A DNA stretch of 64,000 bases from Callorhinchus milii (taxonomy: Eukaryota): the NCBI RefSeq assembly GCF_018977255.1, contig NW_024704742.1, positions 56,980,001 to 57,044,000 on the forward strand, in the 5' to 3' direction. The notes below the pieces were generated by a model. That model was not told where the DNA came from and did no database searches. It was given only the letters and a program-made list of their open reading frames with translations. Below, in pieces: positions 25,563 to 38,346 of this stretch. How positions within the stretch are numbered: position 1 is the stretch's first letter; every line of letters begins with the position of its first letter. The position numbers and the translations under genes are program-made.

Positions 25563-28500
25563 CTGTTTTTTTGTTTAAAAAAGAGAGAAATTGAAATTTT
25601 ATTATTGATTATTACCCTAACAGTGAGTACTGTACAAATTTTATTTCCATGCAACTGTAACGTCGGGGCATTCAATTCTCAACTGGGTCACCAACATCCA
25701 TTTCCCTGTCTCCGTGACGTACTTGCATGCCTCCAGGCAGCATGTTGCACACTCTCGATGGGTCAAGGGATGGGGGAAAACTGTCTGGTACTGTTTAAGG
25801 GTGTGGAATGATTGACCAAGGAATGGCACTGATGCAGACTAAGGAGACTGGATTGCCTCAAATCACGGGATAGCACAAATGCTGGGAGGTGAAGGTAGAC
25901 AGAGTAAAACAACAGCAATAAAATGAAAGATACTATTCCAGTCAAGAAGGTCATATGAGGCAACTCAAAACATTCCAAAGATCAAGTGAGATTAAAATCA
26001 CTCTTACACATCACCGCACCAACCAAGCACCTCAAAATCAACTTCTAATTCACAGCACAAAGGAAGGAAAATACTTTGCCTACTAAAAGCGGCCAACTGA
26101 AGCAGGAATAATAAATACATTAAAGTATTTACAGCACTAACATAACTGAAAGTATCATTGCTTGGATTAAATTCTATAAAGGTTTGCATAGGATTTATTT
26201 CTTGAGCTATTTTTCACATTTCTTTCACCTGCACAGATTGGAAATCCTCTATTATTCAGGACTGTCTCTAGGAAGGAGCTGAGGTGACGTGATCGATCAC
26301 CTGAACATTTCTGGAGCAAACATTGTATCGTCTGCAAATAAACAGCTCAGTGAAGACTTGCTATCAATTTGTGAGCCTTCCTGGAGGATCTCTGAATGTT
26401 CTTAAATTTATTCAAGAAAGTTATTTTGGGATTAATCTGCTATAGTTCTTGAAGGGATTCCATATTAAAGAATACGTTTAGAATTTATGACAGACCTATG
26501 GAACTAGAAGGTGATCTGGATTTCCCATGGGTCAATGTGACATGCAGTACTGTCCTTTAACAGAAGGAGCCTCCGTTTACTGCAGCGAGGATTCCCTATT
26601 TACAATCCTGTTTAAATGAATAAAACAGTAATAATCTTTGCATTTGGTATAGCACCTTTCAGGTAGGGAGGACATCTGAAAGTCCTTCACAGGATTTACT
26701 GTGAAGTGACTGTATTTGTAGGTGAACAAGGCACACCAATGTCCCACAAACAGCTACGAAACAAATACCCAATTTACTTTTGTGGGATTATTGGCCAGGA
26801 AACCGGAAGAATCACTTTTCTCTTTTCAAGGAATGCCATGGGATCTTTAACTTCCACCTGAAAAGGCAGATGGAACCTCAGTTTAATATCTCATCTGAAG
26901 AACAAGATCTCCGGCAATGCAGCAGGATAGCAGTGAAGTGTCAGCCTAGATAGACTGCGTCAGTTCACGTCCCAACATGGGGCTTACGATTGAGTGGTGA
27001 GAGTACTATGAACTGAGCCAGACTGACAACTACTTTGTAGGCTCTGAAATAATAAAAAATAGCCCCTATTCATTGTCAAAATAGACTACACCAGGTAATT
27101 AACAGATTATCTTAGAAGCACAGTCTCTCTGCCACCTCAGAAACATCTCTCCCAAAAGATATCTGGACAACCATTTGCTACTAGGAAAAAATTGTTCTGT
27201 TATTTGCATCAAGCATATAATCTTTGCATTTTTATAATCCTAGCATTTCATATAGTACCTTATCATGTAGTCCAGGTGCTCAAAGCTCTTCATAGGATTT
27301 CACTATGAAGTGTAGTGACTGTGTATTTGAAAGCAAAAGCAAAATCCGATTTACACACAACGAACATTCATGGTGAATGACCAATATTATCTGCCTATAC
27401 AACACAGTCATAACACTTCACAGTAAATTTGTAAAGCACTTCGAGACCTCCTCCCAAAATGAAAAGTGCTACATCAAATGCAAGGATTACATAATAAAAA
27501 TTGGTAACTGATGTTATTGCTCCACTAACCACCGGAATTAAATAGACCACATTCAGAAAGTGTACCATTGCTCATTCAGTACAGGAAATTCAAAGGTTAT
27601 AAATTCAATGACAAATTGGTTTTGCAACATGAAGTGTTCTAGGGGAAATGAGTCTGTATAGCAAAGCATAGCCAGAATATTACAGCAATACTGAGAAAAA
27701 AACAAAATGAGGTCTGCTTATCTTTCCAAACTAATCATTTGGTTGAAAGAATTGTAATTTTGGAAACAGCAGATGGCTACAATGCAAATGGTATTCTCCC
27801 CTCCCCTGCCCAGTTAGCATATTTATCACTACAACAGACACGAAAACCATCTGCAGCTTTGCAGCGCAATCAAAGGTGCATGGTTTGAATGTTTTATCAT
27901 CTTGGCTTTTCACTGACAGCAGCAGAGATATGAAGCCATTACTTATTAAATGAACCAGAAGAAATGAGTTGAATAATATCTTTATTTTATAATGGGACCG
28001 GGATGTGCATGTTAACAGTGAAAGTGTGTGTGTATGTGTGTGTGTGGTTATATGTACATTATAAAAAATAATAAATAATCCTTGCATTTGATATAGCACC
28101 TTATTACATCATTGAAATATCTCAAAGTGCTTCACAGGATATACTGTAAAGTGGATTGACTTTTTGATTTTGTGGGCGAAACGCAGCAGCCAATTGCACA
28201 CAACAATGTCCCTCAAACAGCTATGGAGTGAATGACCAATTACATCGACAAGCGAGACTTCAGCTGCGACCAAGGCATCATGAGAATCAAAGTCTTGTGT
28301 ATGGCGTGACATACAAGAGGCTCACAGAAAATACAGTTCATGGGGCACTTTTTTGCAGTGGTTCTGCCAATCAAAAAGCTATTTCAACCCCACTAGCAGC
28401 ATTAACTTGTACAATCCATTCCCATTATAAGTAGAGAAAGACAGTCGATTATAAAAACATCCAATCACTGAATCTTGTCACACTGTGTCACTCAGTGCAC

Positions 28501-29032
28501 CTGCATCACACCACATTTTGTGAGCGTTTCTGTGTGGTTGGGGGTGTAACACTGTTTAGAAAAGGTTTATTGAAATGCTATTTTGTTAGGTGCTTGCTGG
28601 TTTATTTTCCTTGTTATAATTGATCGGAAAATAGATGTATTTTGGCAGCCTGCAGGAAGCAGATCTGTTTTTTTCAGGAGTTTTTTCAGGACTCAGATGT
28701 CCATGGCTGTTGTTTTTAACCATGACTAATCCAGGATTTGCCAAACAATTTGCCACAACAAATAAATAATACAAGCCTATTGACCATGCATTTGTGAAAT
28801 TAACTCAGACCCTGTTGGTACATAATGTTGCCGTACAATTATTTAAACCAACTTCATTGAGCGAGTAGTAAACATATGGAACAGGCTCTCTGAGTTGACT
28901 GTGGAAGCGGAAATATTGATTTTTTTCAAGAACGAATTATATGGATTTCTGTTGGGAAATAATATTTTGGGATACATATATAGTTTGGGACACAACGTAT
29001 CATGCAACTGCCAGGATGGTGGAAGACAAACT

Positions 29033-29985
29033 GAATGGACTTTGGTCTTCTTTCGCCTAGCAATTCTTATGTTCTTAACTCAACTGCTTCAATAGACTAG
29101 GCTCGAGATTGATGCTGCTAACATGTTTACAATTTTCAGTCACACGGTTACCAAGGAAAAGGCACAGATTACAATTCAGCTCCGGCACCTCAGCCTTCAG
29201 CTGATCGAAAGGGTATTTAAATAGATGCACGAGGCAAGGAGCATTCCTTTCACTTATGCACTGACATTGTATAGAAATTTCATGGATGATAATGACAAAG
29301 AGAAACAACACATGGAATAATAGGTGACCGGCAGCAAGTTCAAGGCATTAACTCTATCAGGCGTTTGTAACAACGGGCTGCAAGCGCGCAGCTTGAGGAG
29401 CTTATGAACGTCAGCACAAGTGTATCTAATTGAATTACTGCTTCAAGCTCCTGCTGGTTATCGTTTGTCCTTCAGTCCAGAGTTAATTTTATTTTTTGTT
29501 TTAAAAAAATTAAACTTATTGTTTAACTGTTGGGCTGCCAGCAGGTCCGCAGAAACTCTCGTCTCAGTGCGCCAAACATTTCTGCCTATTTCTCAGCATA
29601 TGGTGGCATTAAAAATGTTTACAGAAATAAAAGCTATTCATAAGGTTATCGTTGTTACTGTAATAATAAATACAAGCCAACAAAAGTGCCTTATCATGGC
29701 CTTATCATGCACTGAGCAATTTAAAATAAAATATCTTGAACTTTCTTCAATGCAGTGCTTCATTTTTCCCCCTTTCTCTTTCTCTATTTTAAAGCATTTT
29801 CCGATTAGCTACAGTCTGAAGGTTGAAGTGTTGCAGCTGAATTGTAATCTGTATTTTCCATGGTAACTGTTTAAGTAAAAATCATAAACATATTAGTGGC
29901 AACAGGCTGAGCTAGAATTTAGGAATGCAACTTAGTTAGGAACATAGCCTTATTACTTTTTCACACTTTTTTTTAAAGTCAATTC
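29033..29985. repeat. Long diverged inverted repeat (palindrome) centred near 29500
   Basis: Perfect 18-bp core ACAGATTACAATTCAGCT (29164-29181) against its reverse complement (29835-29852), within arms 29068-29224 and 29784-29946, plus further symmetric blocks. Confidence 0.85.
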
Positions 29986-32172
29986 TAACTTTTTGTTTTA
30001 TTTCTAACTTTCAAAGGTCTCACTTGACTTTCTTGTAGCTGAAATCAACCATTTAGAAGGAGCAAGTTGGTCAAAAACTTGCTTCCATTGCTCTAATCGG
30101 GGTTGTTAGTCGATTGGCAGGTCGCTTTTCCGGTGGTAATAATCACTCCCAAAATAATAATAATTTGGCCACTCAATCAACGGCTTTGATGGATTTTTCC
30201 ATGAGCCTCTGTAAATCTATTATGTTGAACATGTGCTCAGGTACGTAAAGATAGAGAGATGGCAGGTCCTAATTGAAAACCAGAGAGTCAAATTTGAATA
30301 TATACAGCAGCGCAGATAAAGACCGTTTCACGTTATACAATGATTCCTTTATTGTAGAGATGTGGGGTTGGAAGTTTCTTCTTCATTGACTTGAGTTAAT
30401 CTGACATGTCGATTTCGAGTACCAAAAGATTCTTTCAACAACATCTATCCGATCATCTGATAACCTGAAATCCTTTTCATTTCCAGGAACTTGTCCACTT
30501 ATATTTTTAACCCCCTTGTCGTTCTTTACTCCTGGTTACTAAACAAAAAAAATCTCAGGCACCTTGCTATTCTTGAATATTGAATCCATGAACCCTCCCC
30601 ATATTTCTACCCAGGAGAAAAGGTGATCGTCGTCCTTCAGAATTTTAAGTATTTCAATCAGGTCTGCCCCTCGGGCTTTTCTTTCAAGAGAAAATAAGGA
30701 CTAGGCCAGCCAACTTTTCTTTGATCAGTCAGGTATCTCACGTACACCGAATGCCATCACCATGCTTATAATTACTCAAACCACAGAGTTCACATATATA
30801 TGCCGAGAGCAATGCAACCACCCTTCTGTCAAATCTTGTAAGCTTACATTTCTCTTTACTAATTTGCATCTGCCACCTTTCCACCCACATATCCAGCTTT
30901 TCCATATCCCTCTGAGTTTGTGCTCATGATAGATAGATCACATGGAGATGAGCAAGGACTTTCACTTTCGAATGATGTCCAATTGATTTAAGGGAAAATA
31001 GCATTGCTAATGAAAGTAGTAACATTACTGGTGTGTGGACAAATATTTCCTGATGCAACTTTCAGCGGTGAATTCCTTGTAGTTCACAGCAACTTGTAAG
31101 ACTCCAGCCACCAATGAGTCCTTGAGTCAGATCCAAGGCATCACATTATGAGTGACATACCAACAAATTCCCTACTGAATTGTAGTTTACATTAGCTTTT
31201 TCAGGCACCAGTATTATTGCTGCCTTCATCAATGTAATTTTTTAAGCACAAAGCACCCTCCAGTGGGGTGCAGCGAGGAGAAATCTTGATCCTAAACTTA
31301 CTATTAAGTGGGGCACAGTCTGTCTGACCAGAACACTAACTAGCTAAAAGCGCTCAATAGGTTATTATGCTAGTATCCCAACAGAATTAGTGCGGAATAC
31401 AATTGACGGAGTGAAATTGTGCTGATTCATCCTAAGCCCATTGTGTTACAAGATTAGTTGACATCGTGAAGGGAGATGTCTCAGGACTTAAAACAGGAGA
31501 GGAGGGCCTTGAAATGGGTCTTGAAGGTGGCAAAAGGCCCACCTGCCAATGGTGGGGCGGGCGAGGTCACGGAGCCTGGTGCAGGAGAGGACACGTGCTG
31601 CAGAGTTCTGGATGCTCTGCAGCCTATGGAGGGAGGAGTTGGTGAGGCCAACAAGCAAGGAGTTTGCATGTCAAGCCTGGATGTAATAATGAACAGGATT
31701 TTACATGGGCAAATCATTCATAAAATCTTAGCATATTTTACAATGTTTGTAGAATATGAACATGCTTACTAAGTACATATAGCTCTCAGAGAGCAGGGAT
31801 GTGCAGTTTATTTCGTAAAACTTTGTTGGTGGAGTAGACTAGCAAAATGAGAAACTGGTCTTTTATCACAACATTTTGCAATGTTTGTGCTGCATGGTTT
31901 ACAGAAGGAGACGTAGTCTTTCTCTCACTGCCATGAGTGCTGGCATCAGACACCTCATCACCACACTTGCTCCAGAAGCTATTAGGAGTTCAAAACTAAT
32001 AGGCTGCTGATTTAGTGCAAAAATTTAGTGAAAATTATTTCAATTCCAACTCAAACATCAACTTGAAACAAAACACCAGACTCTTCAGAGAAACAAGCTC
32101 CAGAAAGCAATCCCTCTAACTTCAAACAGAGCATTCGCTTTTAATCTTGATTCATTGTCAAGTCCCCTCTCT

Positions 32173-34110
32173 ACAACAACAAGATTCCATTTATAGAGCG
32201 CCTTTCACGTCCCAAGGCGCTGTACAGTTGGGTCAGGACAGGAGCAGGGGGGAAATGGTCAGGGTGAGGGGAGGGAAGGGAAGGAGCGAGGAGGGGGTAG
32301 AGAGTCGAGAGGGGAGCTGAAGGAACGGTCAAAGAGAAAGGTTTTGAGGCCGGCCTTGAAGGAGGAAAGGGAGGAGGCGGCGAAGGCACTGGGGGATAAA
32401 GTTCCAGAGCCTCGGGGCTGAGAGGCTGAAGGCCCGGCCACCGATGGTAGGGCGGGGGATGTGGAGCAGACCGGAGCCAGAGGAACGGAGGGTACGGGCA
32501 GGTAGGTAGGGGGATAGTAGGTCGGAGAGGTAGGAGGGAGCAAGGCCGTGAATGGCCTTGTAGGTGAGGATGAGGATCTTGAATTCAATCCTCTGGGGGA
32601 TGGGGAGCCAGTGGAGGCGAGCGAGGGTGGGAGTGATGTGGTCCTGGTGCGGGACAGTACACGAGCTGCAGAGTTCTGAATGACCTGCAGCTTGTGGAGG
32701 GAGGTGCCGGGAAGGCCGGCGAGGAGAGAGTTCCCATAGTCCAGCCTTGAGGTGACAAAGGCGTGAACCAGAGTTTCAGCAGCGTGAGGGGTGAGGTAGT
32801 GCCGTAGTCTGGCGATATTCCGGAGGTGATGGAAGGCGGTGCCAGTTGTGGCGCGGATATGAGGGAGAAAGGACAGCTCAGGGTCGAACAGAACACCGAG
32901 GTTCCTGACCGGCTTTGAGAGGTGGAGAGTGCAGCCTTGGATGCTGATGGTGTCAGCGCCTGAGGTGCGGAGGCGCTGACGTGAGCCAATCAGGAGGGCC
33001 TCAGTTTTGCGCACGTTGAGCTGAAGAAAGTTGTTTCTCGTCCAGGACTCGATGTCGGACAGGCAGCTGTCAGGACATCGGTGGTCGTGGAGTTGAGGGT
33101 AGAGGAGGAAAGGTAGAGTTGGGTGTCATCCGCATACATGTGGAAGTTAACCCCATGTCTGCGGATGATGTCACCGAGGGGGAGCATATAGAGGGTGAAG
33201 AGGAGGGGACCGAGGACAGAGCCTTGAGGGACACCGCACGAGACAGTGCGGGGGCTGGAGGAAAAGCCGTTTGTGGAAACAAAATGAAGACGGTGGGAGA
33301 GGTACGACCTAAACCACTCAAGGACAGGGCCTTGAAGGTTTAGGTGGGAGGACAAGCGGTGGAGGAGGATAGCGTGGTCGACCGTATCGAATGCTGCCGA
33401 TAGGTCGAGGAGGACGAGGAGGCAGAGGGAGCCCTGGTCACAGATGGTCAGGATGTCATTGGTGACCTTGACCAGGGCAGTTTCTGTGCTATGGGCAGCA
33501 CGGAAACCCGACTGAAGGGGTTCGAATAATGAATGGGTGGAGAGGAAAGAGCGCAGCTGGGAGGCAACAACTCGTTCCAGGACCTTGGACAGGAAGGGGA
33601 GGTTGGAGATGGGCCGGTAGCTTGATAGCTGCGACGCATCAAGGGAGGGTTTTTTCAAGGTGGGAGTGATGGTGGCAGTTTTTAAGGGAATGGGAACAGA
33701 GCCAGAGGAGAGGGACAGGTTGACGATGTCTGTGATATGTGATATGTGGGGCAAGGAGGTGGAGCTGAGAGATAAGGAGTGGAGTGGGGATGGGGTCAAG
33801 GGAGCAGGTGGTGGGTTTCAGGGATAGGATGAGTTTGGTGTCAGAGGGTGGGGAAACGGGTACGAACGTGTGTAGGGGAGGATGGGTAGGAGTCGGAGTG
33901 TGGGAGGGAGTGGGTGGGGTGTGGGTGGATGTTGGAGGGGAAGTGACCGCGGAGCGAATTCCCTTGATTTTGGATTCAGGGAAATCCAGCATCTCCTCGC
34001 AGTTAAGGTTGGAGGAGATGACCTGCGCGGGGTGGCTGGGGGGACGGAGGAGTCAGGATGTGGTAGAAAACAGTAGCCTGGGGTTGTTCTTCGCCTCCAG
34101 GATTATCCTC
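32173..34110 (-). mobile_element. Young 5'-truncated L2-clade LINE (~1.9 kb, RT region to 3' tail)
   Basis: [49 protein letters not shown] and YADDTQLY motifs; (TTG)n tail. Confidence 0.96.
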
Positions 34111-34554
34111 TAAGGGCCTGCAGACTCCTTCAATCTCCTTGCATTCATCAGAGCTCAGCAAACCTAAGTCAGAATTTTGATTACTGCATATCCTGGAGGA
34201 ATCTGATGGTAAATCAGATCTTTAATTACAACAGCACCATATTAACATTCGGAGAACAGGTTCACCTATAAATACTCACACTTGTTAAACAGATATCTGT
34301 CACACAAGGGCAACGGGCTAATCAGAATACACGCACGTAATATCCTTAAAATGACTTTCAGACGACAGAAGAAGATTAAACACAGTTTATGGAACGGGTA
34401 ACTGGGGAAAATAAAATAGCTTTGGTTTTCTTCTTGTGATAATCCATACTCATTAGAGTATGGATTATTAGAGTTGTTTTCTAACTTTTATTCACAGGAC
34501 TATATAAGAAATCGGAAGCAGAAAAGGAAGATAATTCCCCTTCCAGACCTGCTG

Positions 34555-34918
34555 TATTGTTCAAATCCTTTCACTCCCTGGCATCTTCCTACCTCTCCAA
34601 CCTCCTCAATCCCCAATCCACCACCCAGCGCCTCCGCTTGATTGGTACCGGCCTCCTGCTCATCCCTCGCACTCCCGCCCCACCATCAGAGGTCGCGCTT
34701 TCAGCCATTAATGCCTTGAAACTCTGGAACACTCTCCCTCAATCCCTCCGCCTTGCCCCCTCTCTCCCCTTTTCCAAGTTCTGCCTGAAAACCTTCCTCT
34801 TTGACCGTGCCTACGGCCATCTTCCCCCCGGCTTGGAGTCAGGCTCTGCCACTGTTAAGCGCTCTGAGACGCTATCCTGCATGGAGGGCACTATATAAGT
34901 GCAAGCTGTTCTTGTTGC
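34555..34918 (+). mobile_element. L2 3' end fragment
   Basis: KLWNTLPQSLRLAPSLPFSKFCLKTFLFDRAYG; tail present. Confidence 0.9.
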
Positions 34919-35604
34919 TCACAAAAAGGGAGGTGTGAAAACATCTCACTCACTCCCAAACATCCAGCGTTCGGCTTTGAAGGTAGTCAATTGTATTTTT
35001 CTCTTTCTCAGAGTTAGACAAATTGCATCGAATCGTTTCCCACCAGATTTAAGATGAACTTAATACCACTAAAACCAATGAAACAAACTTACTTTCCACC
35101 CACCATGGATTCTAAATACAGTGCTCCCATTTAACATAATAATACATACATTTGATATAGCGATTATCATGTCTTCAAGCCGTCTCAAAGCGTTTCACAG
35201 AATATACTGTGAAGTGATTTGACTAATATTTTGTGGGCGAATATAGCAAAACATACAGATTATACGAGGAGGGAGTATCCACCTAACGCATGAGAAGGTA
35301 GTGGTATATTACTTTAATTGTTGAATAATGATTACAACAGTAATAACCCTTAAATTTGATATAGCACGTTATCATTCTCACAAACATCTCGAAGCACTGA
35401 ACAGGGTCTTACTCTAAAGACCAATGACTGTATTTGTTGGCAAATAATTAACTAGTAGCTGTGTTTAGGCATCAAAGTATTGTAATGCTATCAGAGAAAT
35501 GATTATTCACTGAGGTCTATTATTTGTGTAAAGAAGCTTGTATTCTGGTCTTGCATTACTATATGTACACAGACAGAATTTTACAGATTTGCCTAATTTT
35601 GCAA

Positions 35605-35993
35605 TTGTAATAATAATACAATAAGTCTTGCATTTTATATAGCGCTTTCATGTTGGGAAGATGTTTCAAAGGATATACACTGAAGTGTAGTGATTGCATT
35701 TTGTAGGCAAACATGACAGCCACTTTATGCACAGCAATGTCCCACAAACAGCCATGACCAATTTTTTAAATTCCCTTCTCTTTTTGAATGGTGCCATATC
35801 CGATCGAACAGGTGAATGGGATTTTGGTTTAACATTTCATCCTAAGAATGGCACCTCCAACAATACAACACTCCCCCAGCACTGCACTGAAGTGTCAGCC
35901 TAGATTACGTGAATTCAAAGTCCCAATATGAAGCTTGAACCCACAACCTTTTGACTCAAAGGTAAGAGTGACACCAACTGAGCCAGGCTGACA
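35605..35993 (-). mobile_element. Older DeuSINE (SacSINE1-like), near full length
   Basis: TGTCAGCCTGGCTCAGTTGGT...GGTTGTGGGTTCAAG...AGGCTGACACTTCAGTGCAGTGCTG head. Relatives at ~5895-6295, ~8790-9100, ~16730-17140, ~20295-20618, ~26627-27027, ~47024-47311, ~61630-62040 and ~63650-63930. Confidence 0.8.
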
Positions 35994-37764
35994 CACAGCT
36001 GACAACCAGTGAACAGTTGTCATTCACTGGTTAGTGAGATGAGCTTTATGCTGACTCATGTAAGCTCTGTCCCAAAAGCTAATTGGGTCAGAGCAAAGTG
36101 TTCCCAGGAGGATTCTGTATTTATATAAACCCGTTTCAAATATCAAGACTTCAGCCTGAAAAATTCCTAAATTTTATAATCAATATGTAACTGTAGGAGT
36201 GTTTCTTCTTTCTCTCTGCACCCCTTCTTTCCAACTGCACACGCAAATCATTTCTCAACAAAAAGCAATACAATGTACATTTAACATCAGCTAGTTCATT
36301 TTTGAAAACTATATAAAGAATGTAACCAAACATTTTTAAAGCACAAATGTGTTTCCTCTGAATAAATTGTGCACTGATTCAGGGCAAGCAGTGTGTGCGT
36401 TGTAGTTCGATCGGAACAGTCTTCTCATCTCTGCTCATGTTTCATTAAAACCATGAGCTGCATTAATAAAACAGCCAGGATTACAGATGCCTTCTCACCC
36501 AAACCACTACCTCGGATAATCCACAAATCCCTCAGCGACAAATCCGTCCAGAGTTCTGACAAACCATTGCTCATCTGCTTGGTTTTCTGTACTAAACAGA
36601 GGCCTCAAAACTCAGCCCATCTGCACATTCAGAAGTGTTTCCTGAATTGTGGACTGAATTCTATACATTAAAAATTCTTATCAGAGGAGATCGGTTTCTC
36701 ACTCAGCAGTCCTGACAATATCTTGCTTCAGTGTACGAAATCAATTCTGGAAAACAGAGACTCATGTGTTTAGATCTGATAAATCCTTTCACTGGGGTGG
36801 ATTTTACCATGAAACTAATTTTCTTGTGTGAGTTGCTGCTAATGAAATAAGGAAGAGAAAAAAAAGAGCAAAAATCAATTTGCAACAAAAATTTCCATTA
36901 AGTTTCAAACAACCGGTTGTTTGGCCATACAGTCAAGGCTTGGCAACCTCAGGGCTACAAAGAGGATAAAATTCAAGAAGAATATGCAGAATAAAATCTT
37001 GGAATTTTTAACAATATCCACACTGCCTCTTGAACACCACTGATACTGCAGTGAATCCCCAGTAGAGAATAAGAATAACATAAGCACCCGACATCCGTGA
37101 TTCCTGCAGTCACCACTGTACACAGCTCCTCAGGATACTGCAATCTGATAGTTCTCACACAGTGAAAACTCACAATCCAAATACCACTGCTGATTTCAGC
37201 CTTCACTGAGGTTGTGGCTTCAGACCTGTAATTCTCCCACAGCAAGTTCCTGTTCTTCGCAGAGCCATTGGAAAACGGAGGCTTTCTTTTCTTTTCCCCA
37301 CCCCATCACCCTCCTCCTAGCCTTCACTGAGGTCTGAATACACCTGCAATGTGGACTACTGCCGCTTTCACATCCAAAACACAATTTACTCTTCAATCTC
37401 ACACCCATCAATACAGCGAAACTTAGATCAGCAACAACATTTCAAGTTTTCTGTGTAATTTCTAATTTTACATCCAAATATCTTCCATTAATTTCCCCAC
37501 ATTTAAAAGACGAATTTAACACAATTCCTCACTTGCATTTTGGTTGGGGTGGGATTAAGATTTAAACTGTGATAATTAATTTCCTTCGAAACAACAGGTA
37601 TGAAGCCACAATCTGTGGCCCAGTGTTTCCATATCCCTCTGCACAATGTCTCCATACATCTCCACTCTACACAACCAAATTTACTGTATGTTCCTCCCCA
37701 GTCGTCCTGTGCATCACAAAAGTACCACCTATAAAAAACACACACCTTAAAAGGGTTGCCAATC

Positions 37765-38155
37765 CCTTTGAAATCCCTCCACGGCCTTGCCCCACCCTAC
37801 CTCCATGACTTCCTACAAAGCCTACCAACCCAGCCACATCCCTTCGCTCAACAAACCCTGGCCTGCTTCACGTCCACCGCTCTATCCACCCAACCATTGG
37901 TGGGTGAGCTATCAGCCATTCTGCCTCTCTTTGGAACTCCATCTGGACATGGTTCTTGTGACTAGTCCTCTCAATCCCCACGTGCAAAGTCTGCCTCAAT
38001 TTATTTCTTTGCCTGCGCTTTCGGTCACTTTTCCCCACCTACCGTCTTTAGCTGCGACCCACCCACGCACTGGCTCGGGTACCTACGTAACAATGTGAAG
38101 CACTATGAGACACCCTCCTGAAGTGGAGCTCTACATAAATGTAAATTGTGTTGTA
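37765..38155 (+). mobile_element. Old L2 3' fragment abutting an SNX25 donor site
   Basis: KSLHGLAPPYL...; tail GCTCTACATAAATGTAAATTGTGTTG. Confidence 0.75.
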
Positions 38156-38159
38156 TTAC

Positions 38160-38346
38160 CTCAGCTGCTTTAAGAAGTCCACGTCGAAGCTGCTATTGAT
38201 AAGTTTGATGAATTCCTCGTAGGATGGAGAGTAGGAGTAAGCCTTCTTGTGGTGCTCGTTCACGTGCTCCCTGTGCTCCATCTGAGTGAGCAGCATTCGA
38301 TTAATGTAGTCGGGATCACTCAACATCTCCACCATGGGCTTCAGCA
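38160..38346 (-). CDS. SNX25: SNX25 exon, PXA C-end (187 nt)
   Basis: gttgccag|TG CTG AAG...CTG AG|gtaata; VLKPMVEMLSDPDYINRMLLTQMEHREHVNEHHKKAYSYSPSYEEFIKLINSSFDVDFLKQLR. Confidence 0.95.

Noticed and set aside
32259..33799. Long ORFs (251-324 aa here, at 43057-44031 and at 58000-58758) as host genes
   Set aside because: They are frameshifted L2 ORF2 pieces; the overlapping antisense ORFs are by-products
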